A stretch of DNA of 63,949 nt, counting the filler, from Octopus bimaculoides (Eukaryota), in the NCBI RefSeq assembly GCF_001194135.2. It is 6 parts of 6 records of this genome, joined end to end, with 100 filler letters (N's around TTAATTAATTAA, not from the genome) between each part and the next. Parts side by side here need not be neighbours in the genome. Positions count along the whole stretch, not along the records: positions 62,881 to 63,949 come from NC_069002.1; 5 more parts are not named here. The stretch is one strand, 5' to 3'. Positions 63,926 to 63,949 of this stretch are shown here, piece after piece. Below the pieces are notes generated by a model that saw only the letters and a list, made by a program, of their open reading frames with translations, did not search any database and was not told the origin of the DNA. The translations under genes were made by a program, and so were the position numbers. Numbering within the stretch: the first letter of the stretch is position 1; each line of letters starts with the position of its first letter.

Positions 63926-63949
63926 GGCATTCACTTCATTTAGTAATAA

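Overview
AT-rich, gap-riddled animal genomic DNA from a short-read assembly, dominated by microsatellites and transposable-element relics. The repeat content suggests an octopod cephalopod (inference from tRNA/CORE-type SINE families and microsatellite load; not verified). No complete gene is visible. The best host-gene evidence is a minus-strand signal-peptide exon at 31553-31649 (MWKRTGLKRTALFYRTFTISILSLAVLFLDLA-G, donor CAG|GTAAGT), so the left ~31 kb may be intronic. A second strong minus-strand donor lies at 212. Repeats include several modular tRNA-SINE families (labelled A, B, M and C here for convenience), LINE fragments (Tx1/L1, CR1, RTE), Tc1/mariner (one near-full DD37D copy), a hAT/Charlie MITE with an 8-bp TSD, and Helitron/Helentron-type non-autonomous elements. 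The most interesting object is at 7589-8036: a TSD-flanked element with a tRNA-like Pol III head, an (AAT)n linker, a Penelope-type tail carrying a minimal hammerhead ribozyme, and a 5' inverted copy of the tail that lacks exactly the ribozyme. Five more degenerate hammerhead-like motifs are scattered across the window. Almost all ORFs in the supplied track are microsatellite or N-gap artefacts.
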